A DNA stretch of 64,000 nt, taken from assembly GCA_965223795.1 (NCBI GenBank), contig CBDCXL010000002.1, positions 608,001 to 672,000 on the forward strand, written 5' to 3'. Position numbers and translations under genes: made by a program. This stretch comes from Nitrospinales bacterium (GTDB lineage Bacteria; Nitrospinota; Nitrospinia; Nitrospinales; VA-1). Below, piece after piece: positions 17,657 through 25,944 of the stretch. Below the pieces are notes generated by a model. It was given only the letters and a program-made list of their open reading frames with translations, was not told the origin of the DNA and did no database searches. How positions within the stretch are numbered: the first letter of the stretch is position 1; each line of letters starts with the position of its first letter.

Positions 17657-19213
17657 TCAGATGCTGAGCCGGGCCAGTTTTTTCCGGCTCATGGCGCTGT
17701 CGAAGATGGTGCGGCTCACGAACACCGCGGTGAACATGCTGGCCGCGATGCCGATGCACAGCGTGATGGCGAATCCCTTGATCGGCCCGGTGCCGAACTG
17801 GAACAGCACCACCGCGGCGATGAAGGTGGTGATGTTGGCGTCGACGATGGTGCGGAACGCCTTGGAAAATCCGGAATCGATGGCGGCGCGGACGGTCTTG
17901 CCGTTTTTCAGCTCTTCGCGGATGCGCTCGAACACCAGCACGTTGGCGTCGATCGCCATGCCCACGGTCAGGATGATGCCGGCGATGCCCGGCAGGGTGA
18001 GCGCCGCGCCGAAATAGGCCAGCGCGCCCACCAGCATGACGATGTTGAGAAACAGCGCCGTCACGGCCACGAATCCGGACAGCTTGTAGTAGATGATGAT
18101 GAACGCGATCACCAGAATGCCGCCGAGGATGATGGAGCTGATCCCCTTCTCGATGGAGTCCTTGCCGAGCGAGGGGCCGACGGTGCGGTTTTCCAGGATG
18201 ACGACGGGCGCGGGCAGCGCGCCGGCGCGCAGGACGATGGCCAGGTCGCGCGCCTCCTCGGTGGTGAAGCTGCCGGTGATCTGGGCGCGGCCGCCGGGAA
18301 TCTCATCCTGGATGACCGGCGCGGAATAGACGTTGTCGTCCAGCACGATGGCCAGCCGCTTTTTCACGTTTTCGCGGGTGATGCGTTGAAACGTGCTGGC
18401 TCCCTGCCGGTTGAAGGTGATGGCGACGTAGGGCTCGTTGAACTGCTGGGAATCGAAGCGCACCTCGGCGTTGGTCAGGGTATCGCCGGTGAGGACCGTC
18501 CGCTTCTTGAGCAGGAAGGGCTCCTTGGTGGTCTCGCCGGTTTCCTTGTTCTCCTTGCGCTCATACAGGATCTCATCGCCGGGAGGCAGGCCGTTTTTCA
18601 TCGCCATGTCCACGCTCATGGACTCATCCACCAGCTTGAATTCGAGGCGCGCGGTCTTGCCGATCAGGTTGATGGCGCGCTTGGGGTCCTTGATGCCGGG
18701 CAATTGCACTAATATGCGCCTTTCGCCCTGCACCTGAATGGTGGGTTCGGACACGCCGAACTGGTCCACGCGGTTGCGGATGGTCTCCAGCCCCTGGCTC
18801 ACGGCGTTCTTTTCGATCTGCTCGATCTGCGAATCGGACAGCTTGAACCGAAGCTCCACGCCGTCGGCCAGCACTTCCTTGTTCTGGAGGAAGGGGTAGT
18901 TCTCCATCACTTTTTCCACTTCCGGCCGGTCGACGCTGTCCACGAGCACGATGCGGATTTTCTTGTTCTCCTGGTCGTCGAGGACCCGGTCGATCTCGAT
19001 GTCCTCGTTCTCCAGATCGCGCTTGATGTCGTCGGCGAGCCGCTCCAGGCTGGCCTCGACGGCTTTTTCCACCTGGACTTCCAGCACCAGGTGCATGCCC
19101 CCCTGAAGGTCGAGCCCCAGGGCGATCTTCTCCTTGAGCGGATAGGCGAGAAACACCGCGCCGCAGATGGTGAGCAGGATCAGGGGAATTTTCCACTTGA
19201 GGTCTTTATACAT
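17657..19213 (-). CDS. secD: Protein translocase subunit SecD
   Basis: LGLDLQGG, RVDQFGVSEP, LRAGALPAP, GPSLG, GMAIDANVL, DANIT; start at ATG 19213. Confidence 0.98.
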   Translation of the reverse strand: MYKDLKWKIPLILLTICGAVFLAYPLKEKIALGLDLQGGMHLVLEVQVEKAVEASLERLADDIKRDLENEDIEIDRVLDDQENKKIRIVLVDSVDRPEVEKVMENYPFLQNKEVLADGVELRFKLSDSQIEQIEKNAVSQGLETIRNRVDQFGVSEPTIQVQGERRILVQLPGIKDPKRAINLIGKTARLEFKLVDESMSVDMAMKNGLPPGDEILYERKENKETGETTKEPFLLKKRTVLTGDTLTNAEVRFDSQQFNEPYVAITFNRQGASTFQRITRENVKKRLAIVLDDNVYSAPVIQDEIPGGRAQITGSFTTEEARDLAIVLRAGALPAPVVILENRTVGPSLGKDSIEKGISSIILGGILVIAFIIIYYKLSGFVAVTALFLNIVMLVGALAYFGAALTLPGIAGIILTVGMAIDANVLVFERIREELKNGKTVRAAIDSGFSKAFRTIVDANITTFIAAVVLFQFGTGPIKGFAITLCIGIAASMFTAVFVSRTIFDSAMSRKKLARLSI

Positions 19214-19239
19214 AGAACGGTGCCGGTTGTGTGCGGCGA

Positions 19240-19306
19240 CATGCTTCGGCAGGCTCAGCATGACAGGATCTTTGCGCTTCCGTCATCCTGGGCCTGCCGA
19301 AGGGTG
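19240..19306. repeat. REP-like palindromic element (family A) between yajC and secD
   Basis: CATGCTTCGGCAGGCTCAGCATGAC...GTCATCCTGGGCCTGCCGAAGGGTG. Confidence 0.8.
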
Positions 19307-19308
19307 GT

Positions 19309-19854
19309 TTATTTCATTTTTTCCAGCAGGAAATTGTAGGCTTTTTCCACTTTCTTGAATTCCGCTTCCGCTTTGGGATCGCCGTTGTTGCTGTCCGGAC
19401 GCACCTCGGCGGCCTTTTTCTTGTAGGCCTTCTTCAACTGGTTCTTGCTGGTCAATTCCTCAAGATCCAGAACTTTGCAGTATTTTTTGATTTCATCGTC
19501 GTCCGGATCGATCTCGCCTTTTTCCGCACCGGCGGCCGATTCGCTCTTCATGGTGGCGATGGAAGCGCGGTTGATCTTGATGCGGACGTTGTCGGCGATC
19601 TGCAGCATCACCACGTCGTCCTTGATCTTTTTGATGGTGCCGTGGATGCCGCTCATTGTGACGACGTTGTCCCCTTCCTTCAGGGCATCGAGCATCTTGC
19701 GCGTTTGTGCCTGCTTCTTCTGCTGCGGCCGGATCAGGATGAAGTAGAAAATCGCGAACATCATGATCATCGGCGGCAGCAGCGCCAGAAATCCGCCGCC
19801 TCCGCCTTCGCCGCCTTCGGGCGGGGGCGCCATGGCAAATGCTAGTTCAAGCAT
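19309..19854 (-). CDS. yajC: YajC fused to a C-terminal DnaJ-like (J-like) domain
   Basis: FAIFYFILIRPQQKK...LKEGDNVVTMSGIHG (YajC), then YCKVLDL...QLKKAYKKKAAEVRPD..NGDPKAEAEFKKVEKAYNFL (J fold). Confidence 0.93.
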   Translation of the reverse strand: MLELAFAMAPPPEGGEGGGGGFLALLPPMIMMFAIFYFILIRPQQKKQAQTRKMLDALKEGDNVVTMSGIHGTIKKIKDDVVMLQIADNVRIKINRASIATMKSESAAGAEKGEIDPDDDEIKKYCKVLDLEELTSKNQLKKAYKKKAAEVRPDSNNGDPKAEAEFKKVEKAYNFLLEKMK

Positions 19855-20330
19855 GGTTTGCTTTCCTCAAATCTCACGATGATGGGTGGGATGCGGGTTC
19901 ACCAGCGTGCCGCTGGCCCCAAATGCAACGCGCGACGGGTTTGGAGGCGAAACGTTTTGTTTGCAGCCTCTGATTTGAACTTAATCCTATACCTCCACCA
20001 CTCCGCGGAGGGCGGGTTTGCACACGCCGTGTAAAACTTTCCGCTTCCGCCGTCCAGTTGCAGGGCCGCATCCGCGCACCCGGCCGTGGGAGTGGTCTGC
20101 CCGCGCGGGCCATGCTTTCGGGCCCGGACCCGGTGTGTTTCCGTCCTCGCACTCCGGGACGGATCCTCCCGCATTCGGAGATTTCTATTTTACGGGTTTA
20201 CAAAAGGTTATCAAGCAGATTGCGCGGCCCGGCCTCACTGCGATCAAAGGCTCAGCTTCTATCAAATACCGGGGTCTTTGTCAACCCGGCGGGCCGAAGC
20301 CGCAACCGGTTTTCCGGCGCGGGCCGGGAC

Positions 20331-20861
20331 TCAGTAAAACCCCGGCATCTTCAGATTGGCCTCGTCCGTGAGCTTGCGGTAGAGGGCGTGGAACTCCTCG
20401 GTCGTCAGCTTGGGATCTTTCAGGGCTTCGAACTCCTCGCTGGTGATGGGAATCTGCGAATTTTCATCCCAGGCGGAAGTGGCGATGGCCGCATAATTCG
20501 GCGGATTGAGCGACTGCACGATCAGCATGTCCACCTTGTCGTTGTATTCGAGGGCGAGATCGATCACCAGCCGGGCGTCCTCGGCGCTCACGGCGCTGCC
20601 GATGGCGATGTTGGTCGGCGGGTGCCCGCCCCGGGGTTTCCAGTACTGCACCGTGTGCCTGAGCACCTTGATGGATTTGGACTTGAGAAAATCCCGCAGT
20701 TCCTTTTTGCGTTTTTTCTGCTTGTGGGCGAGCCAGATCTCGATGGTGCAGATGGTGGTTTTCGACTTGTCGCACGCGGCCGCCGCCTGCCGCGGCAGGT
20801 GAAACAGGCTCACGGAAACGACAAAGCACATCAAAATCAGGTGGATAACAGGCTTTTTCAT
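20331..20861 (-). CDS. Hypothetical exported protein
   Basis: MKKPVIHLILMCFVV...AAA signal-peptide-like N-terminus; GAAGGGA SD-like sequence. Confidence 0.8.
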   Translation of the reverse strand: MKKPVIHLILMCFVVSVSLFHLPRQAAAACDKSKTTICTIEIWLAHKQKKRKKELRDFLKSKSIKVLRHTVQYWKPRGGHPPTNIAIGSAVSAEDARLVIDLALEYNDKVDMLIVQSLNPPNYAAIATSAWDENSQIPITSEEFEALKDPKLTTEEFHALYRKLTDEANLKMPGFY

Positions 20862-21048
20862 ACAGGTCCCTTCATCGATCAAGGTTCAAACATGGATGCG
20901 GACAATCTTAACACAACCGCGCGCAGGCCGGACAGAGCCGGGAAACGGCCTCAAGAACCAAAACGCAGACTATTGATACTTATATACTTATTTTATTCCA
21001 TCCGGGCCGGAGCGCCGTCTGCCCTCCCCTTCCCGCGAACGGGAGGGC

Positions 21049-21075
21049 TCAAGTTTGAGGTGTTTTTTCCGATAA
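21049..21075 (+). promoter_or_regulatory. sigma28 (FliA/SigD) promoter
   Basis: TCAAGTTT-N11-TCCGATAA vs consensus TAAAGTTT-N11-GCCGATAA. Confidence 0.75.
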
Positions 21076-21115
21076 AATGAATGGGATTTTTGTACGCATA
21101 CCGGGAGTGAACCGA

Positions 21116-21316
21116 ATGACTACAGTCAGCGACGCAGCGGGTGCATCCGGATTGAGCGCGCAGTATCAGGCGGCGGCCGCGAAAACGGCGCTCGATGCGC
21201 AGAAACAGGAAGGGGCCGCGGCGATCGCGCTCATCGAATCGGCGGCGGCGGTGACGCAGGCTGCCGTTTCCAGCGGCCCCAGGGCCACCGGCAACAACAT
21301 CGATGTGACTGTGTGA
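21116..21316 (+). CDS. YjfB-like small motility-associated protein
   Basis: AAKTALDAQKQEGAAAIALIES...GNNIDVTV; GGGAG SD; sigma28 promoter upstream. Confidence 0.75.
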   Translation: MTTVSDAAGASGLSAQYQAAAAKTALDAQKQEGAAAIALIESAAAVTQAAVSSGPRATGNNIDVTV

Positions 21317-21348
21317 GTCTTTAAAGAACTAAGGAAAGGGTCTTTCCC

Positions 21349-21437
21349 TCCCCCTCACCCCGCCCTCAAGCCACCTTCAATTGCATTGATAAGCGGGTGT
21401 CAAGCTTTGCTTGACCTCCCTCCAGGGGAGAGGGGTG
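21349..21437. repeat. Interrupted CCCTCACCCC...GGGAGAGGG-type palindromic repeat between convergent genes
   Basis: CCCCCTCACCCCGCCCTC [insert ending in GTCAAGC-TTT-GCTTGAC] CTCCCTCCAGGGGAGAGGGGTGA. Confidence 0.55.
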
Positions 21438-21474
21438 AATATATCTAGTTTTCTCGTCTCACCGTTTAATCCTC

Positions 21475-22071
21475 TTACTCCAGAACCAGGTTCTGGATAC
21501 GCGGGAAGGCCTCGCTTTCCTTGAGCAGTTTCTGCCCCGCCTCGCTGATTCCGTTTCCGAACAATTCCAGGTATTTCAATTCCGAGAGTGTGTTGCTTTC
21601 GGCCAGGGCTTTGGCGCCCTCGTCGCCGATTTGATTCTGCGCAAGGTCCAGCAGTTCCAGGTTGACCATCTGGATGGACTGGGCCAGTGCCGCCGCGCCT
21701 TCAGGCCCGACCTGGTTTTTCCACAGATTGAGCGCGTTGAGCCGGGAAAACACGGCAGAGCGGGCGATGGCCGTTGCTCCGGCGTCGCCGATGGCGTTGC
21801 GCTCCAGGTGCAGGGCCTTGAGCCGGGTCAGCGATTTGGCCTCGGCGAGGGCCTGAATGCCTTTATCGGTGATTTCGTTTCTCTCCAGATTGAGTTCCAT
21901 CACTTCGCCCAGTTTCTGGTGCCGGGCGATGTACTCGCAGCCCGCATCGCCGATGTATTTGAGCCTGAGATCGAGCACGCTGTGGTCGTTCCCGGCGAGG
22001 AACTGCTCGATGAGTGTTTCGATGGGTTGATCGTTGAAGGGTCGATTCATTTTTGTCGGAGCCTCGGACAA
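21475..22071 (-). CDS. Leucine-rich repeat protein (RI/GALA-like, ~28-aa repeats)
   Basis: Repeated LxxLxLxxNxIGDxGAxALA; start could instead be ATG 22050. Confidence 0.9.
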   Translation of the reverse strand: MSEAPTKMNRPFNDQPIETLIEQFLAGNDHSVLDLRLKYIGDAGCEYIARHQKLGEVMELNLERNEITDKGIQALAEAKSLTRLKALHLERNAIGDAGATAIARSAVFSRLNALNLWKNQVGPEGAAALAQSIQMVNLELLDLAQNQIGDEGAKALAESNTLSELKYLELFGNGISEAGQKLLKESEAFPRIQNLVLE

Positions 22072-22124
22072 TTTAGGATTTTTATACGGCCTTGCGCCCG
22101 GCCCAATGCGTTTTCAGCGGGCGT

Positions 22125-24740
22125 TCATTTGCGCTTTTTCTTTTTTGCACGCTCTTCCTGTTTTTTCTCCATGAGATCGAGCCGGTCGCGCAGGGATTTG
22201 TTTTCCTGGGCCACGTCGTCCAGCTCGGAACGGAAGGCTTTCATCTCTTTCGGTTTTTTCGCCGATTCGTGGAGCGCCGCCACGGTTTCCTCGGCGCGCC
22301 GCTTGATGCGGCCGTCGGGGTCGTTTTCCGCCAGGTGCCGCAGCGCGGAAACGGCGGCCAGATCGTCGAGCTGCTTCATGGCCTGAATCGCTCCCAGCTT
22401 GCCGCGGAACACGGCGGCGGGCGTGCCGCGCGTCTCCCGCGCGAAGCGGGTGAACTGCTCGATCGCCTCGGATTTTTTGTGCTCGTAGCGCCGGGCCAGC
22501 CGGGCCAGCGCGCGCATGGCGGCGCCGCGGCTGTTCCGGGCGGCGCCGTAGTCGGCGCCGCGCAGCAGCACCTCCCAGGAGGCTTCCTCTTCCAGCTGCG
22601 CCAGCGCGTTGTAGATGGCGGACTGGGCCATGTCGTTGTGCGAGGGACGGTCGAGCGAATCTTCCAGAATTTCGCGCGCGTCCTCGGCACGCACCCTGCC
22701 GAGCGATTCCAGCGCCGCCGCTTCGACGCGGTAGGAGTCGTCGCCGGCGGCGGTCTTGATGAGCGCTTTGGCGGCCTTGTCATCGTGCAGGAAATTGCCC
22801 AGCGCCCGCGCGGCGGCGAAGCGGACTTTCGGGTGCTTGTGGGCGAGACCCTTGATCAGCGCGTCGCGCGCGGCGTCGCCGCCGATTTTTCCCAGGGCCC
22901 GTGCGATGCGTCCGCCCACGCCCCAGAAGCTCTCCTTGCGCAGCCGCTCTCCCAATATTTTCACGTCCTGCATGGAGGGTTTCTGCGCCAGCGCCGCCGC
23001 CGCTTCAATCCGGCCGATGGGGTCCTTGTCGCGCTTGAGCTGCTCGTGCAAAAGCGAACGGGAAACGTCGAGCTTCACCTTTTTCGCGGGGCAGACGTAA
23101 TCCGGATCGAGCCGGAAATAAAGCGGCCTGGATTTCAGACGAAAACAGAATTTCTGCTCGCGGCTTTCAAGGGTGACGGGGAACCGCTCCTCGCCGCGGG
23201 AAAAGTAAAACGCCAGATCCAACGGCAGCTTGAACAAAAGCTCATCGTCTTTCTTGTCGGCGGTCTGGGTCTGCTTGACGGTGACCACCGCCATCGAGTC
23301 CGCCGGCTCCCAGGAATAGCTCAGCTCCAGCCTGGGGTAGCCGCCGCGGTAGATCCACTGATCGAGCCATTCGTCGTGGTTTTGCGCGGTGACCTCTTCG
23401 AGGCAGCGGAAGAAATCGACGGTCTCCACCAGGCCGTATTCGTGCCGCTTGAGAAAGATCGCCAGCGCCTTGCGGAACACCTCCTCGCCGACGATGGATT
23501 TGAGATGGTGCAGGCGCACGGCGCCGCCGGGATACAGATGAGCGTCGAACAGGTCGATCGGTTCTTTATAGATGTGCGTGACGATCGGCCGGCGGTACTG
23601 CGCCTCTTCGCTGAAATAGGTCTCGGCGTCTTCCAGGCACTGGTAGCGGAATTCCTCCTCCCCTTTCGATTCGCGCGTGTACAGGGCGTCGAAATAGGTG
23701 GCGAACGATTCGTGCAGCCAGGCGTGCGACCAGTTCTTCGCGGTCACCACATCGCCGAACCACATGTGCGCGGCTTCGTGGGCCACCAGCCCGTTGGAGT
23801 CGATGTCCAGCGCCGCGCGGTCGTCGTGCAGGGTGAGGTCGGTCTGGGTGGTGACGGTGAAGTTCTCCATGCCGCCGAACACGAACTCGGGCACGGCGAT
23901 CTGGGTGTAGTGTTCGTAGGGATAGGGATAACCGGTGTAGCCGGAAAAAAAAGAGAGAATTTTTCCGGTGTCCTTGAACGCGTTGTGGCCCTCGTTCATG
24001 CGGCCCCGCTGGACGTACCACTTGATGTCCACGCCCTTGCTGTGGCTGGTGTGCCCTTCGAAATCGCCCGCCACGATGGAAAGCAGGTAGGTCGAATAGG
24101 GAATCTCCAGCTTGTAATGATACAGCGATTCCGTGTCGGTGTGCTTTTCCCGCAACAACCTGCCGTTGGACAGCCCGAACAGCTTGGGCGGCAGGTGCAG
24201 GATCACTTCGGTGGTCTGCTTGAAGTTGGGCTTGTCGAAACAGGGGAAGTAGTAGCGCGAGTCCTCGTCCTGGCCCTGGGTCCAGACGGTCTGGAAGCGG
24301 TCCGGATACTCGCTATCGGGCTTGGTGAAATAGATCCCGGCCACCGGGCGGGTCACCGAGTGCAGCAGGTTCACCTTGACCGTCGAGCCCGGCTTGAACG
24401 GCTTTTTCGCGAACAGGCGCACGTTCTCGCCGGTGTTTTCAAACTCGACCGGGTCGTTTCCAATCCGCGCCTCGCTGATTTCAAGATCCACCGCATCGAG
24501 CACGACGTCGCGCACGTCCGCCCCCTTGACGCACAGGTCGTAGGTGGTGCTGCCCCAGACCCGCTCCTCCTCCCAGTCGAAATGCAGGGACAGCTGCAGA
24601 TGTTTTGGAACGAGCGGCGTGTCGGGGGTGAAATGGGCTTTTGCGCCTTTTTGGGCAAATGATTTGCGGTCGAGCAGCCCCCAGTGTTCGGACTCGCCGT
24701 TTGAAAAATGGCATTTGCAGTAACGGGTCGCGCTCATCAA
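22125..24740 (-). CDS. pepN: M1-family aminopeptidase with C-terminal HEAT repeats and coiled coil
   Basis: GGMEN, HEAAHMWFG...WLHESFA (HExxH...E), YPGG; HEAT repeats (VRFAAARALG). Confidence 0.93.
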   Translation of the reverse strand: MMSATRYCKCHFSNGESEHWGLLDRKSFAQKGAKAHFTPDTPLVPKHLQLSLHFDWEEERVWGSTTYDLCVKGADVRDVVLDAVDLEISEARIGNDPVEFENTGENVRLFAKKPFKPGSTVKVNLLHSVTRPVAGIYFTKPDSEYPDRFQTVWTQGQDEDSRYYFPCFDKPNFKQTTEVILHLPPKLFGLSNGRLLREKHTDTESLYHYKLEIPYSTYLLSIVAGDFEGHTSHSKGVDIKWYVQRGRMNEGHNAFKDTGKILSFFSGYTGYPYPYEHYTQIAVPEFVFGGMENFTVTTQTDLTLHDDRAALDIDSNGLVAHEAAHMWFGDVVTAKNWSHAWLHESFATYFDALYTRESKGEEEFRYQCLEDAETYFSEEAQYRRPIVTHIYKEPIDLFDAHLYPGGAVRLHHLKSIVGEEVFRKALAIFLKRHEYGLVETVDFFRCLEEVTAQNHDEWLDQWIYRGGYPRLELSYSWEPADSMAVVTVKQTQTADKKDDELLFKLPLDLAFYFSRGEERFPVTLESREQKFCFRLKSRPLYFRLDPDYVCPAKKVKLDVSRSLLHEQLKRDKDPIGRIEAAAALAQKPSMQDVKILGERLRKESFWGVGGRIARALGKIGGDAARDALIKGLAHKHPKVRFAAARALGNFLHDDKAAKALIKTAAGDDSYRVEAAALESLGRVRAEDAREILEDSLDRPSHNDMAQSAIYNALAQLEEEASWEVLLRGADYGAARNSRGAAMRALARLARRYEHKKSEAIEQFTRFARETRGTPAAVFRGKLGAIQAMKQLDDLAAVSALRHLAENDPDGRIKRRAEETVAALHESAKKPKEMKAFRSELDDVAQENKSLRDRLDLMEKKQEERAKKKKRK

Positions 24741-24820
24741 TGTGGCTCGCTGGTTCGACGCTCCAAACTCCGCCGCCTGAGAGGGAAACGGGAGTCTCTC
24801 CGGAAGACGGGCAATAGGTC

Positions 24821-24848
24821 ATTCTATAAGCCTTTTGCGGGTTGTCAA
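24821..24848 (-). promoter_or_regulatory. sigma70 promoter for pepN
   Basis: Minus strand TTGACA-N16-TAGAAT. Confidence 0.6.
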
Positions 24849-24998
24849 GCGAAGGGCCGCGCCCTTTAGGGCGGAACCGCAGGCAGGGTTCTTTCCCCCT
24901 GCCGATGTTCGCGGCCGGAGCCTGCGGCATTTTGATTTGTCAATGGACGCCGGGAGACCTAATATAAAAGGACCGTTTCCTCTATCCAGGACAGAGAC

Positions 24999-25913
24999 GT
25001 GCAGGAAAACAAATCCGACATCTACGACCCGGAAGTGCTGGCGCGGATCTCCGCCCTCAAAATCCAGGCGATGAGCCTTGTGGAGGGGCTCCTGTCGGGC
25101 AACCACCGCAGCCGCCACAAGGGCTCCAGCGTCGAGTTCGCGGAATACAAGGATTACACGCCCGGCGACGAGATCCGCCACATCGACTGGAAAGTGGCGG
25201 GCAAGACCGACAAATACCACGTCAAGCAGTTCGAGCAGTCCACCAACCTCAAGTGCACGATCCTGCTGGACGCGAGCGGCTCGATGGGCTACGTGACGCC
25301 GGAGCCGGACGGCCGGGTGACCAAAATGGACTACGCCCGCACGCTGGTGGCGTCTTTGTCCTGCCTTTTGCTCAAGCAGTTCGATGCGGTGGGGCTGGCG
25401 CTGTTCAACGATACGGTGGTGCGGCACATCCCGCCGCGCTCCAAAACCTCGCACCTGCAGCACATCCTGCACGAGCTGGCGGTGATGCAGCCCAAGGGCG
25501 TGACCCGCATCGACCAGGTGGTCGGCGGCCTCGTCGAGCGGATTTCCAGCCGCGGCATGCTGATCCTGGTTTCGGATTTTCTGACGCGGGACGACGATCT
25601 GTACCACGATCTCAAGCTCCTCATCTCGCGCGGGCTGGAAGTGATCCTGTTTCAGATTCTCGATCCGGACGAAGTGACGCTTCCTTTTGAGGGAGACACG
25701 GTGTTCGAATCGCTGGAGGACGATCCCAGCATCGGCCTCGAACCCGAGGACATCCGCGAAGCGTATCAGAACATGATCCAGGAGCTGATCGAATCGAACC
25801 GCAGGCACTGCCACGGCCTGGGCATCGACTACGTGTTCCTCGATACCGCGACGCCGCTGGACCAGGCCCTCAGTTATTATCTATTGCGGCGGCAGAGCCT
25901 GAGCCGCGTGTGA
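24999..25913 (+). CDS. DUF58-family VWA protein
   Basis: GSSVEFAEYKDYTPGDEIRHIDWK, LLDASGSM, ILVSDF. Confidence 0.93.
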   Translation: MQENKSDIYDPEVLARISALKIQAMSLVEGLLSGNHRSRHKGSSVEFAEYKDYTPGDEIRHIDWKVAGKTDKYHVKQFEQSTNLKCTILLDASGSMGYVTPEPDGRVTKMDYARTLVASLSCLLLKQFDAVGLALFNDTVVRHIPPRSKTSHLQHILHELAVMQPKGVTRIDQVVGGLVERISSRGMLILVSDFLTRDDDLYHDLKLLISRGLEVILFQILDPDEVTLPFEGDTVFESLEDDPSIGLEPEDIREAYQNMIQELIESNRRHCHGLGIDYVFLDTATPLDQALSYYLLRRQSLSRV

Positions 25914-25944
25914 GTATCCCGATTGTGAAAGCGTCCTTTCGCTC

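Noticed and set aside
24765..24815. Glycine-riboswitch-like words (GGAGAG...CTCTCAGG) in the pepN leader
   Set aside because: Too short, and lacks the central CCGAAG core and multi-stem junction.
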